Positions 28,548-39,162 of a stretch of 64,000 bases of DNA are shown here, piece after piece. A model generated the notes under the pieces. That model did not search any database. It worked only from the letters and a program-made list of their open reading frames with translations, and was not told where the DNA came from. Made by a program: the position numbers and the translations under genes. The number at the start of each line of letters is the position of its first letter. The first letter of the stretch is position 1. The stretch comes from a bacterium (GTDB taxonomy: Bacteria > Electryoneota > Electryoneia > Electryoneales > Electryoneaceae): positions 800,001-864,000 of the forward strand of contig CAXXKJ010000002.1 of assembly GCA_963675295.2 (NCBI GenBank). The letters are read 5' to 3'.

Positions 28548-30638
28548 ATGCACAGGATACTCAGCGAAAATCACGCGCAGGCAAATGAGCCGGTGATCAC
28601 GAGAAAACGTATCAATCTGACCGTTGTCTCGTTGTCCATGATCATCGGTGGGCTGATCGTCATTTACTACAATTCCCTCAAGGGCACGTTCACCGACCTG
28701 CCGTACATCCTCGTACTGATCGCAACGGCCTTCACGGCGCTTCTGGTTGAACGTCTGGGCAAGACTCAGCTCGGTTTCAACCTGCTGGTTCTAGCCGGTT
28801 TTTTCCTCTCATTTTCGCTGCAGATCGTCTACGGTCCGGAGAACCTGATCAGCCTGATGATCCTGCCAGCTGTGCTCGTGCTGGGTGCTCACCTGGTTCT
28901 GCAAAACCATCTGCACTTCCTCTACGCCCTGGGATTTGCCACCGTCCTGTTGCCTCCGCTGCTGCAGGTGCAGTTCGCGGAGCAGTTGTATGGCACTACG
29001 AGCGTGTTCGAATTCACCGATCTTCTGGACAGACTTGTGGTTACCGCGATCTCCGTTGTCGTGGTTCACCTTTTCGTCAAGGATTGGCGCTCGGCCCTGT
29101 TTGAACGTTGGAAGCAGGCTGAGATTGTCGCGCAATCGCCGGATCCGATCCTGATTACGGACAATCGCTACATCATCGAATACGTCAATCCGTCCTTCTG
29201 CAACACCTTCGGGTACGAGCAGGACGATGTGATCGGCCGCGAGGTGACGACACTGTTTGGCACTCAGGAGAATCAGACGTCGGCGGCAGAGATCAAGCAG
29301 CGGCTGGAGCGGGATCATTTCTGGAACGGCCGGTTTATTCGTCCCAAGAAGGACGGCACGCCGGTTACCGTCAGCGTGATGATTTCGGCGTTGCTCAATG
29401 AGTCAGGTGAGATCACCAATTTCTACGAGTTTTCGCGTGATATCAGCAAAGAATTGGATCTCGAGAAGCAATTGCTTCAGGCCCAGAAGATGGAAGTTGT
29501 CGGGCAACTGGCGGGGGGTGTGGCGCATGACTTCAACAACATCCTGCAGGTGATCTACAGCCATACTCAGCTTGGCCAGCTCCAGCACAGCAAGCAGGAC
29601 CCGGCGAATGAACATTTTGTTTCAATCGAAGCCGCCGCCGATCGTGCTGGCACGCTTGTTCAGCGGATGCTCGCGTTCAGCCGCCAGCAGGTGTTGCAGG
29701 TGACGAACTACGATCTGAACGCGGACTTGTCGAACACGCTGCGCATGATCCGGCGTGTGATCGGTGAACGGATCAACCTGGTCTGGCAGCCGGACACCAC
29801 CATCAAACATGTAGTCGCCGACCGGGGTCAGATCGAACAGGTGATGATGAATCTGTGCATTAACGCCCGGGATGCGATGCCGGACGGCGGGCGGTTGCTG
29901 GTGCGAACGTCGGTGGTTCAGTTCGACGAGAAGACCTCTGAACGGCCACGGTGGGCGAAGGAAGATGAGTATATCGCGATAAAAGTGTCCGACACGGGTA
30001 CCGGAATTCCACCCGAAATCGCCAATCGCATTTTCGAACCCTTCTTCACCACCAAGGGTGAGGGCAAGGGAACCGGGCTTGGACTGTCAACAGCCTACGG
30101 CATCATACTGCAACATCAGGGCATGCTGGAAGTCAGTAGTGAGGCGGGGAAGGGATCAACGTTCACTGTGTATTTGCCTCAGACGAGGGAGATTGCACAC
30201 CAGGAGACCGAGATGGATACCTCGAAGGCGGCCAGTGATATCAGCGATTTGACGGTTCTGGTTGCTGAAGATGACGGGTACGTGCGCAAGACGGTCGCAC
30301 GCATTCTCGAACATGAGGGGTGCCGCGTAATCCTCGCTGAAAATGGGCTGATCGGCCTGGAGAAGTACAAAAGCCACCGCAATGAAATCACCTGCATCAT
30401 CAGCGATATCGTGATGCCGGAGATGGAAGGCCTGGAGATGTACGAGCACATCCAGCAACTTGGGAATGAAGTGCCGGTTCTGTTCACGAGCGGGTACAGC
30501 GGCCGGTTCACGCTGGACGAGATTACCGACAATGAGCTGGCGTTCCTGCCCAAACCGTTCAAGCGTCAGGAGCTGCTTGAAAAGCTGGAGCAGTTGTGCT
30601 GGCCACAGTCAACAAATGGTCGCGTCGTCGCAGAGTAA
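28548..30638 (+). CDS. Membrane PAS hybrid sensor histidine kinase / response regulator
   Basis: About 6 TM segments, PAS, H-box LAGGVAHDFNN, NLCINARDAM, DTGTG, FFTTK, GTGLGL, receiver (AEDD, SDIVMP, KPF). Start approximate. Confidence 0.92.
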   Translation: MHRILSENHAQANEPVITRKRINLTVVSLSMIIGGLIVIYYNSLKGTFTDLPYILVLIATAFTALLVERLGKTQLGFNLLVLAGFFLSFSLQIVYGPENLISLMILPAVLVLGAHLVLQNHLHFLYALGFATVLLPPLLQVQFAEQLYGTTSVFEFTDLLDRLVVTAISVVVVHLFVKDWRSALFERWKQAEIVAQSPDPILITDNRYIIEYVNPSFCNTFGYEQDDVIGREVTTLFGTQENQTSAAEIKQRLERDHFWNGRFIRPKKDGTPVTVSVMISALLNESGEITNFYEFSRDISKELDLEKQLLQAQKMEVVGQLAGGVAHDFNNILQVIYSHTQLGQLQHSKQDPANEHFVSIEAAADRAGTLVQRMLAFSRQQVLQVTNYDLNADLSNTLRMIRRVIGERINLVWQPDTTIKHVVADRGQIEQVMMNLCINARDAMPDGGRLLVRTSVVQFDEKTSERPRWAKEDEYIAIKVSDTGTGIPPEIANRIFEPFFTTKGEGKGTGLGLSTAYGIILQHQGMLEVSSEAGKGSTFTVYLPQTREIAHQETEMDTSKAASDISDLTVLVAEDDGYVRKTVARILEHEGCRVILAENGLIGLEKYKSHRNEITCIISDIVMPEMEGLEMYEHIQQLGNEVPVLFTSGYSGRFTLDEITDNELAFLPKPFKRQELLEKLEQLCWPQSTNGRVVAE

Positions 30639-30685
30639 CCGGATCACTGGCTGCCAGAACCACCCACCAACTGGGCGAAGACGGT

Positions 30686-32881
30686 TTATTTCAGCACCGT
30701 CACCTTGCGGCCGAGGGACTGCCCGTCCTCGGTGGCCAGCTGCAGCAGGTAGGTGCCGGACGCCAGCGAGTTGGCGTTCAGTGAGACTGTATGCTGCCCG
30801 GCAGTGAACACCCCGCGCGCCACGACACCCACCTTTTGACCCAGCAGGTTGTACAACGCGAGTTCCGCACGCACCGGCCGTGGCAACGAGATTACCGCCG
30901 TCGCGCGGGCGTTGAACGGGTTTGGATACAACGTTGAGATCGCGAACTGATCCGGCAGGGTTGAAGTTTCCGACTCCGGCGCGTCGTTGACGATGAACTC
31001 AGCCAACGGCAGCACATCAATCTTGCCATAGCCCCACGTTGTGTTCGGCACGGTTCCGGTGTACTGGTCGCTGACGGCATGATCCATCAACACCTGCCGC
31101 ACCATGTGACCCAGCGGCAGATCGGCTCCGTGCAGGTACCAGTTGGCCATCACGGCAGCCGTCGCGCCAGATGCGGCGGGGCAGGCCATCGACGTTCCGC
31201 GGAAAAGGACATAATCCCCCGGTGTACCGGGTGCGTCGCCGGGATTCAGCAGGATATAGTTGTCGTAGCTGCCGCCGGGCTGAAGGCTGGAAACGTCGCC
31301 GTCCCGCGCGGACGCGATCATGCTTCCTGGCGAGGCGATGTCCGGTTTCTGCAGACCGTCAATACGTGGTCCGATGCTGGAGAAGGACGCGATGTCGCCA
31401 ATCGTGCCGGACGCAGTGTGTGGATCCCCGTCATAGTCTTCCCACTCGGTGCGGCTGGTGTAGGCCGCAACCGCTATGGCGCCGTCCGCGATGGCCGGAG
31501 AACCGACAGTGTACTGCGGATCGCCGTTATTGAATTCGTACCCGATGCTGTACGGCCCAAGGGTTTGTACACCGACATACAGGTGGAACTCCTGGTCATG
31601 ATCGGAGTTGTTGGCGATCGTGATGTAGCGGTGGTCGGCGTTGCTTGGCAGCACCTCGTCCCCGAGCAGGTAACGGGATTCGGTCCCACGCGGAGATTGC
31701 TGCTGGTCGCTGACGGTCGCGTCCAACTGCAGGAAATTGTTGTCGTATGCGGCGACGTCGAAGAAGGTGCGGTCGTCGGTGTTCGGGCCGTCATAGGCAA
31801 TCACGTTCACCAGGAACACTTGCCCCGTCGCCCACGGCGATACCGTGAGGCCGATGAACGCCGACTGAGTGTTCGCGGGCACGGTCAACGAATAATGGTG
31901 ATCGTCGTTGGCGCTGTTACCCGCCGAGATGAAGACGATCATGCCGTCATCGACGACGTAATCCACGGCCTGTTCGTTCTCCATGGAACCGTCGAGGAAC
32001 TCGTTGAAATAGCCGTAGGACATGGACGCGACGTCGCAGTCGTAGTAGTCCCGCGCGGCGATGAAGGAATGTGTCACACCAGCGGAGGTTTCCAGCCCTT
32101 CGGCATCGTTTCCGATCTTGAGGAACACCAGCTCTGCCTCGGTCGCCATACCGGCGTAGAGGCCGCCGGACGCGGTCCCGCGTCCGAGCACCGTCCCGGA
32201 GACATGGGTGCCGTGCCCGGTGACAGTGTTGCCGACGGTGAAGTTGCTGTCCGGCCATTCGCTGTAGTCGACCGCGTGTACCGGGACCGGAATGTCCGGA
32301 TGGTCAACATCGACGCCGGAGTCGAGCACCGCGACACGTACCCCGTTCCCCTGGTTGTACACCGCGCCGTAGGAGGTCACGGCGGCGTTGACACCGTTCA
32401 GCTCCCGGGCGATATCGTTCTGCGGCGCGAGCACGTCCTCACCGTTGCCCAGCCGTTTCACGAATGGCAGCAGCGCGAGGTCGTCGATCTCGTTCACCGG
32501 CACCCGTGCGAGAAAGAAGCCCGTCGGATGGTTTTCCAGCGGCGGAATCCAGTCGGAGAGGATCAGTTCGGCGCCGGTGGCGGCCATGGCGTCAATTTGT
32601 GCCGGGCTGGGATAGGCGTCCAGGTGAACGTAGACCAGGTGGTCGCCCGTTGCACGCGTGGACGCGTCCCCACGGACCAGCCAGCCTTCCACACTGGAAG
32701 CCGGCCAGGTTTGATCGGCGAGGCGTTGCTTGGCCACGAGCTGCATTTGCAACGATCCGGACAGCTTCTGCCGGGCTTCAGCGGGCATGTCGGGCAGCGC
32801 GAGCTGCGTAGCGGCGAACGACGACACGGCGAACGATACGATCAGCGCGATCACATACATCGAAAACAGCGGGCGACTCAT
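30686..32881 (-). CDS. S8 subtilisin-like serine peptidase with insertion domain and T9SS-type C-terminal domain
   Basis: VAVLDSG, GHGTHVSG, SAGN, KPDIASPG, GTSMACP, YPNPFN. ATG 32881 has a GAGGA RBS. Confidence 0.92.
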   Translation of the reverse strand: MSRPLFSMYVIALIVSFAVSSFAATQLALPDMPAEARQKLSGSLQMQLVAKQRLADQTWPASSVEGWLVRGDASTRATGDHLVYVHLDAYPSPAQIDAMAATGAELILSDWIPPLENHPTGFFLARVPVNEIDDLALLPFVKRLGNGEDVLAPQNDIARELNGVNAAVTSYGAVYNQGNGVRVAVLDSGVDVDHPDIPVPVHAVDYSEWPDSNFTVGNTVTGHGTHVSGTVLGRGTASGGLYAGMATEAELVFLKIGNDAEGLETSAGVTHSFIAARDYYDCDVASMSYGYFNEFLDGSMENEQAVDYVVDDGMIVFISAGNSANDDHHYSLTVPANTQSAFIGLTVSPWATGQVFLVNVIAYDGPNTDDRTFFDVAAYDNNFLQLDATVSDQQQSPRGTESRYLLGDEVLPSNADHRYITIANNSDHDQEFHLYVGVQTLGPYSIGYEFNNGDPQYTVGSPAIADGAIAVAAYTSRTEWEDYDGDPHTASGTIGDIASFSSIGPRIDGLQKPDIASPGSMIASARDGDVSSLQPGGSYDNYILLNPGDAPGTPGDYVLFRGTSMACPAASGATAAVMANWYLHGADLPLGHMVRQVLMDHAVSDQYTGTVPNTTWGYGKIDVLPLAEFIVNDAPESETSTLPDQFAISTLYPNPFNARATAVISLPRPVRAELALYNLLGQKVGVVARGVFTAGQHTVSLNANSLASGTYLLQLATEDGQSLGRKVTVLK

Positions 32882-32990
32882 GAAATCAGTCCTCAGGTTG
32901 AACATCGGTGCGGGGGGAACTTCGTAGACCCAAGAGTAAGGTAGCTCAAGATATGGGGTTACTCAAACGCAGGAGGGATGGAAGGTGCAT

Positions 32991-33029
32991 AACAAACCGG
33001 GGACACGTTGTCATCGACGTGTCCCCGGT
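32991..33029 (-). terminator. Rho-independent terminator
   Basis: accggggacacgt...acgtgtccccggt 13-bp stem followed by TTGTT on the minus strand. Confidence 0.75.
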
Positions 33030-33042
33030 GGTTCAAGTGTTT

Positions 33043-33075
33043 AACTCACCACTCATCACTCATTACTCACAACTG
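33043..33075. repeat. 7-bp tandem array past the stop of 33084..35981
   Basis: aactcac cactcat cactcat tactcac aactg. Confidence 0.8.
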
Positions 33076-33083
33076 TCTTTCAC

Positions 33084-35981
33084 CTACTTCATCAACACGA
33101 CCTTGCGCATCTCGTTCAGCTTGCCGGGGACATTGGCGTGGACGAAATACACACCACTGGCGAGCGACGCTCCGTCAATCGTGAGACGGTGGTTGCCGGC
33201 CGCGAAGGTGCCATCTGCGATGGTCGCGACCTGCTGACCCATCACGTTGATCACAGTCACCTCGAGCGCAGAGGTTTCCGGCAGTGAGAGGCTAATTGTA
33301 GTGGTCGGGTTGAACGGGTTCGGCGCAATCAATCCGACACGGAACTCGGTCGGCAACGGTTTCGCTGACACCGGTTCATCGGCCGAGAAGTCAAGCACCT
33401 GGTGTTGCCACTCGGTCACGGTTCCTTCGGTGTTGAAGTCATCGCCCTTGTAAAAGAGGAACGAGTCGGTCGCCATGGCGTCCGGGTAGAATCCGACATT
33501 GGCATGAACAACGTAGACACCGTCTGACAACCAGCCGGGAACGGCGTTTTCGATCGATGCGATGTCGATCTCCCGGTACGGCCACATGCTGAAGGTGGCG
33601 GTGCGGTAAGCATGCACCATGCCACCGTTCGGGCCGAGCACGTCGATCCAGTAGTTCAGGTTTTCAATCCAGGAATCGACATTCGACGCGATGTTCAACG
33701 CGTAGAACAAGCTGCCACCATTCGACGGAATCCCAGTTTGCAACGGCGTTGCGTTTACCGTTACATCCGGCAGGTCGTCCGCCTCGGAGATCGTCGCGGT
33801 GAGGTGATGGCCAAAGCCGGTGCTGAAGTCACCGTTCAGGGCGTCCTGCAAATCATAGAACTGGTTGGATTGATGCTGGTTCGGGTTGGTCCGGAAGGGG
33901 AACGGCTGGTAGTACCCATCCATGCCTTCGTCGGTAATCTCCGCCCAGATCCAGAAGTTGCCCGTCAGGTTCTGAAGTTGTGGGAAACCGGAGATGTCGA
34001 AATTGACCATGTACTCACCGGTATAGCCCGGGTCCACGTCGAAGTAGTACGTACCGCTCCAGATCTCGTTTGCCGGAGTCGGACCATCCGGGAAGATGTG
34101 GAAATTCATCGACGCATTGACCGGAGCACCACCCGCCGCGGAGTGGAAGAAGGTGCGGAAGTTGATCATGTCGATGTTGTAGGTCATCCCGGCGAAGAAA
34201 TCCGGGTTGATTTCATCCGGTACGAGGTGGACCACCGGTCCGTCGTTGGCGTCGGTAACAGTCAGCGAGCCGGAGTAACTGCGCGAGTCGCAGCCCATTT
34301 CGAACTGTTCCGGCGGGAGCACGTCAATCTCAACCTGGTAGCTGTCGTTTTCCGGAATCTCATCCTGATACGTGTGGTACGCATCCAGCTGGTTGAACCC
34401 GAGGTCAGCCATCTGCGGCAACCAGATTCCGTCTTGCGGGCTGTCCGGATGCCAGAGGTCGAGGTTCAGCGATTCGCCCGGATCCAGCGAATACGGCCCG
34501 TTTGGCCACAACGGGTATACCGCGCCATTCAGATCCCAGAACGCCATGAATTCGTCGGCCGGATCGGTGGACAGGTTGCTGACGACGATGTCTCCGTCCA
34601 CCGGAATGTCGACCGTGGTCGGGTACGGAATGCCCATGGTGATCGCGACATCGGAGGATAACTGATCCTTGAAGATCAGGATGTCGTCAATCCGGAAGAA
34701 GGAGAAGTCGGGCGGTGTTTCCGGGCAGTGGAAATAAATCCGGAGTTTGACGCCGTCCAAGCCGGCGAGGTTGGTGATGTCCCAGTCCCAGGTGTAGCCG
34801 GAGGTGCTGAACGAGGTCCAGATCCCGTCCGTACCGCCAACGTAGACATAGTTGTTCGCTCCCGGGGCAGCCCACTGCTCGGTGATTGGATTGTAGAGCT
34901 CCGGCCGCCAGTAGAACTCATCGGGGAAGTTGTTGGTGTATTCCAGATCAATGCACATGAACAGGTCAAGCCACAGGCTTTCACCGGGATTGACATCCGG
35001 CAGGTTGAATTCCGGGCTTTCGGCGTACTGGTCCTGCATTTCCAGAAGCTGTTCTTCCACCCCGAGGTAGTGGGTCGGCGAATGGGCATTAGCGGCGTTG
35101 TCAATGATCTGCAACGTGATCGGCAGCCCGCCACTGATCTCGGCGCGGGTCAGGAAGGTTGGATCGCCGCCGATGTTACCGCCGTCCGCATCCTCGAACC
35201 AGACGGTCACATCATCCTGCGCGACTTTCAGGTCATCAACCTGCAAGCCGAACATGTCCGGATTGTTGTTGGAATCGTAGGCCGTGTCCGAACCGAAGGC
35301 GACCGCGACATAGACCGTTGCGTAGCTGGCGTAGTCGTTCAGCAGGAACCGTTCCTCGGTCCACGTTGTGCAGAACGGCTCGGTGCCTTCGCCCGCCCAC
35401 GCGGGGAACGGACCCGGGTCCGGCATGTACAGCTCGAACGCTTCGACGTTTGTTTCAGTGTATTGCGGCGACTGAGCCAGCGGATTAATGATCATACGTT
35501 GGCAGTCTTCCGGCGCGGTCCCGGGTGTGTCGCTGTACATCACCCAGACATTGGCACCGTCCCAATTGCCATCTTCGCAATAGGCACGGAACCAGAAGTT
35601 GAAAATGATCGAATCGGCGTCCACAGACAATGGCAGCGCCGGACTGACCATGAAGTCGAGCCAGTCGTTCTCGTAGCCGCCCATCGGCGGGTTACCGACG
35701 TTCGGATCAAAACATCGCCAGCTGTCGCCGCTCCACGATTCCCAATCATCCGTTGCCCAGTGACTGGCTACGTTCGATGGATCGTAGAATGTCCATCCCG
35801 ATGGATCGGTTTCGAAGTCCTCAAACCAGACATCAACATCATCCGGGACCGGCGTTTCGGGTACGTTGATCCCAGGTACCATCTTCGTGGTTGTACGTTG
35901 CGGAGTGAATTGTACTGGTGAGGCAATGACACCCCCCACGAGCAGCATGGCGAGGAAACTGTAGATCGTCTTGCGTAGCAT
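33084..35981 (-). CDS. Large secreted multi-beta-sandwich protein (adhesin/MAM-like modules) with T9SS-type C-terminal domain
   Basis: Signal peptide; WFEDFE...W, MVSPAL, WDGANV, GLQVDDL, FFRIDDI jelly-roll motifs; PNPFNP...SGVYF...KVVLMK. Confidence 0.78.
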   Translation of the reverse strand: MLRKTIYSFLAMLLVGGVIASPVQFTPQRTTTKMVPGINVPETPVPDDVDVWFEDFETDPSGWTFYDPSNVASHWATDDWESWSGDSWRCFDPNVGNPPMGGYENDWLDFMVSPALPLSVDADSIIFNFWFRAYCEDGNWDGANVWVMYSDTPGTAPEDCQRMIINPLAQSPQYTETNVEAFELYMPDPGPFPAWAGEGTEPFCTTWTEERFLLNDYASYATVYVAVAFGSDTAYDSNNNPDMFGLQVDDLKVAQDDVTVWFEDADGGNIGGDPTFLTRAEISGGLPITLQIIDNAANAHSPTHYLGVEEQLLEMQDQYAESPEFNLPDVNPGESLWLDLFMCIDLEYTNNFPDEFYWRPELYNPITEQWAAPGANNYVYVGGTDGIWTSFSTSGYTWDWDITNLAGLDGVKLRIYFHCPETPPDFSFFRIDDILIFKDQLSSDVAITMGIPYPTTVDIPVDGDIVVSNLSTDPADEFMAFWDLNGAVYPLWPNGPYSLDPGESLNLDLWHPDSPQDGIWLPQMADLGFNQLDAYHTYQDEIPENDSYQVEIDVLPPEQFEMGCDSRSYSGSLTVTDANDGPVVHLVPDEINPDFFAGMTYNIDMINFRTFFHSAAGGAPVNASMNFHIFPDGPTPANEIWSGTYYFDVDPGYTGEYMVNFDISGFPQLQNLTGNFWIWAEITDEGMDGYYQPFPFRTNPNQHQSNQFYDLQDALNGDFSTGFGHHLTATISEADDLPDVTVNATPLQTGIPSNGGSLFYALNIASNVDSWIENLNYWIDVLGPNGGMVHAYRTATFSMWPYREIDIASIENAVPGWLSDGVYVVHANVGFYPDAMATDSFLFYKGDDFNTEGTVTEWQHQVLDFSADEPVSAKPLPTEFRVGLIAPNPFNPTTTISLSLPETSALEVTVINVMGQQVATIADGTFAAGNHRLTIDGASLASGVYFVHANVPGKLNEMRKVVLMK

Positions 35982-36223
35982 GTGCACACCCCCGTCTTGT
36001 TTGGTACAGCTGATTAAACCTGGACCCAATAATCCGGCCGCTTGATTGGCCGGTTATGCAAAACTAAGATATCAGTGATTGCGTGTATGTGAATTACAAT
36101 GATGAATCGAAATAACTTTACCTTCGTGAGAGACAAACAAGAAAAATGGACCGGCGTGTTAACACCAGTCCATTTCGTCGATTAGGATAAAAGGCTAAGA
36201 ACTTGTTGAAGTTCGGGGAGCTT

Positions 36224-37264
36224 TCAATACCCAACCCCCATCGGTTTTTCGTCCTCGTCCACATCCACTTTACCGCGAAATACCCAGTAGATCGTGGCGG
36301 TGTAGGCGAGCACCAGCGGCATCCCGATCGCGGCAATGATCAGCATCACCATCAGCGTTTTCTCCGACGATGAAGCGTTCGCCGCGTGGAGGCTGTTGCC
36401 GGCAATGCTGGAGTGGATCATGTCCGGGAACATGCCGATGCCGTACAGGATCATCAGGAAGATGATCGAGAAGCAGCTGGAGAGGAACGCGAACCACTCG
36501 CGGTTGTGGTGGATCTCGCGGGGCACATTGGCGATCGCGAGCACACTCAGCAGCGGCACAACGAACAGCCACGGATGTTGCAGGAAAGGTTCGGCCATGT
36601 GCGGCACGAAGAACAGTGTCGCGAGGGTGGTCAGGACATAGAAGCCGATGAACACCAGAATCGCGGGACGGATCCAGCGCCGGATGAACGCGTTCAGTTC
36701 GCCGCTGGTTTTCAGCACGAGATAGATCGAGCCGTGCATTACGAACAGTGCGACTGCGGTCAGGCCAACCAGCACCGAGTACGGGTTCAATTGCGCGATC
36801 AGGTTGCCGTAGTACTCGTGGTCTTCCGTCAACGGGACACCGATTGCGATGTTGCCGAGCGCGACACCCATGATCAGCGGTGCGAGCACGCTCGATCCGG
36901 CGAATGCGTAGTCCCAGAATTTGCGCCAGGTATCCGAATCTCGTGCAGACCGCACCTCAATTGACACCGCGCGGAAGATGAGCATGAACAGCAGCAGGAT
37001 CAGTGCGAGGTAGAAGCCGGAAAACGCGGTCGCATAGGCCATTGGAAACGCCGCGAACAACGCGCCGCCGCCGGTGATCAGCCAGACTTCGTTCCCGTCC
37101 CAAACCGGGCCGATTGCACGCAGCATGGTTTGCCGGTGGGCGTCATTTTTTGTCAGCAGGAACAGCCCGCCGATGCCGAGGTCGAAGCCGTCCAGGATCG
37201 CATAGCCGGTGAACAGCACGCCGACCAGGATCCACCAGGTCGTTTGCAGCCAGGTGATTTCCAT
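36224..37264 (-). CDS. cydB: Cytochrome bd ubiquinol oxidase subunit II
   Basis: YAILDGFDLG, IGPVWDGNEVWL, FAAFP, IFRAVSIE, YWVFRGKV. Confidence 0.97.
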   Translation of the reverse strand: MEITWLQTTWWILVGVLFTGYAILDGFDLGIGGLFLLTKNDAHRQTMLRAIGPVWDGNEVWLITGGGALFAAFPMAYATAFSGFYLALILLLFMLIFRAVSIEVRSARDSDTWRKFWDYAFAGSSVLAPLIMGVALGNIAIGVPLTEDHEYYGNLIAQLNPYSVLVGLTAVALFVMHGSIYLVLKTSGELNAFIRRWIRPAILVFIGFYVLTTLATLFFVPHMAEPFLQHPWLFVVPLLSVLAIANVPREIHHNREWFAFLSSCFSIIFLMILYGIGMFPDMIHSSIAGNSLHAANASSSEKTLMVMLIIAAIGMPLVLAYTATIYWVFRGKVDVDEDEKPMGVGY

Positions 37265-38616
37265 CAGGCGCGCCTCCCTTCCTTGACATACTGGTCGTAA
37301 GTGCCCGGGCCGGTCTTGATTTTCTTGTCGAGCAAGGCGACAAACATGACGAACAGGCCGAGATACACGATTGTGAACAGGATCAGGCTGGCCATCACCG
37401 CGCTGCCACTGACTGTTGGCGAGATGCCGTCAACCGTCCTCATCAGGCCGTAAACAATCCACGGCTGCCGTCCCACTTCCGCTGCGGCCCAGCCGATCTG
37501 ATTTCCGATCTGCGGCAGCAGCACCGTCAGCACCATGATCCACAGCATCCAGCGCAGCTTGAACAGGTGCCCGGTCCAGGCGAGTATCCCACCCAGCAGT
37601 GACAGGCCGATCAGCGCCATCCCGATCGTAACCATGATGTGGTACATCTGGAACACAGTGTTCACTGGCGGCCACTCGTCCTCGGGGAACGCATTCAGGC
37701 CGGTGACTTCGTAGCCGGTGTCACCAGCGATCAACCAGCTCAGCATGCCGGGGATCGCGAGCGATTTCGTTTGCCGGTTGGCCTCGTCCACCCAGCCGAT
37801 GATCGACAGCGGCGCGTTGGACACCTTGTCCTCGAACTGGCCTTCGAACGCTGCGAGCTTCGCCGGTTGGGTTTCCGCGACGGTGATCGCGCTGCCGTGG
37901 CCGGTGGTCAGCTGGCCGAGGCTGGCGACAATCGCCAGCACGAACGCGATCTTCATCGACGCTTTCGCGAAGTCGGTGTGCCGGTTCTTGATCAGGTAGA
38001 AAGCGCTGACGCTGAGTACGATCCACGCGCCCGCCTGCCACGCACCCATGAACGAGTGCGTCAGCCGGTCCATCGTGCTAGGGTTGAACACGACGGCCCA
38101 GAAGTCGGTGATTTCCGCTCGCGGACCGGTGGGGGTTTCCACGATATGGAAGCCGGTGGGCGTTTGCATCCAGCTGTTGGCGACGATGATCCAGACCGCG
38201 CTGAAGTGTGAGCCGAGCATCACCATCCAGGTCGCGAACCAGTGCCAGCCGGGCCGGACCTTGTCCCAGCCGAACAGGACGATGGCGAGGAAGCCGGATT
38301 CGAGGAAGAAGGCGAACACGCCTTCCGCGGCGAGGGCCGAGCCAAACACATCTCCGACATAGCGCGAATAGTTCGACCAGTTGGTGCCGAATTGGAACTC
38401 CATCACGATGCCGGTCGCCACTCCGACAGCGAACACGAGGCCGAAGATTTTAGTCCAGAACTTCGTCATCTGGAGGTATTCCGGCCGCTTCGTTTTCAGC
38501 CACAACCCTTCCATGATGACAAGTATCAACCCTAGTCCGATGCTGATGGGTGGGTAGATGTAGTGAAATCCCACCGTCAGCGCGAACTGGATTCTCGATA
38601 ACAGGGCAACATCCAT
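37264..38616 (-). CDS. cydA: Cytochrome bd ubiquinol oxidase subunit I
   Basis: SRIQFALT..FH, EFQFGTNW, AFFLES, ANSWMQTP, QPAKLAAFEG, EVGRQPW. Confidence 0.97.
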   Translation of the reverse strand: MDVALLSRIQFALTVGFHYIYPPISIGLGLILVIMEGLWLKTKRPEYLQMTKFWTKIFGLVFAVGVATGIVMEFQFGTNWSNYSRYVGDVFGSALAAEGVFAFFLESGFLAIVLFGWDKVRPGWHWFATWMVMLGSHFSAVWIIVANSWMQTPTGFHIVETPTGPRAEITDFWAVVFNPSTMDRLTHSFMGAWQAGAWIVLSVSAFYLIKNRHTDFAKASMKIAFVLAIVASLGQLTTGHGSAITVAETQPAKLAAFEGQFEDKVSNAPLSIIGWVDEANRQTKSLAIPGMLSWLIAGDTGYEVTGLNAFPEDEWPPVNTVFQMYHIMVTIGMALIGLSLLGGILAWTGHLFKLRWMLWIMVLTVLLPQIGNQIGWAAAEVGRQPWIVYGLMRTVDGISPTVSGSAVMASLILFTIVYLGLFVMFVALLDKKIKTGPGTYDQYVKEGRRA

Positions 38617-38738
38617 GTGCGTCTCGCCGCTTGGTTTGTGTATGTGATCGTGTGGATGTCAGGGTGTTGTCCGCGCGCGCTGTCCGTGGCTGATCGGGTA
38701 GTGCCCCGCCTCAGAACAATCGAACGTTGGTGCAACCT

Positions 38739-38756
38739 TTGCGAACAGATTCACAA
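38739..38756. promoter_or_regulatory. Rex operator-like site upstream of cydAB
   Basis: TTGCGAA-caga-TTCACAA, one mismatch to TTGTGAAnnnnTTCACAA. Confidence 0.7.
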
Positions 38757-39162
38757 AGCCTTATACACGGCACATGTTATCAGCCGTCCGGCGGTCCCAT
38801 GCTGGATGGGGTGGGGGGGCGGACGGACGGACGAACGAGAGTGAAAGTACGGCTGGTTCAATCTCATCTCAAGATCTGACCCGGGCTACCCCTCACGGAG
38901 GGCGACATGGTAACCATGCTCTCCTGGAATCTGGATCGAGCCGGACTTGAAACAGGATTCTAACTCCAATATCATCTTCAACTTGGCATCGAGTATTGGG
39001 AGGAGTTTCTGCTTATTTTTTCTAAAGTTGAGTGTCTGTTGTTGCGGATCGGAAACAATTTGTGAACTGTATTTTTTGCGGAACAACCGTATATTTAGTC
39101 TTGTTGATATGTGAGGTATGCCTCAAGCTGGATTCGGTGATCTTACCTGGATCGGGAGGAAT

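Noticed and set aside
39059-39076. Second Rex site upstream of the ADH-like gene
   Set aside because: Only one half-site (TTGTGAA); the other arm does not match.
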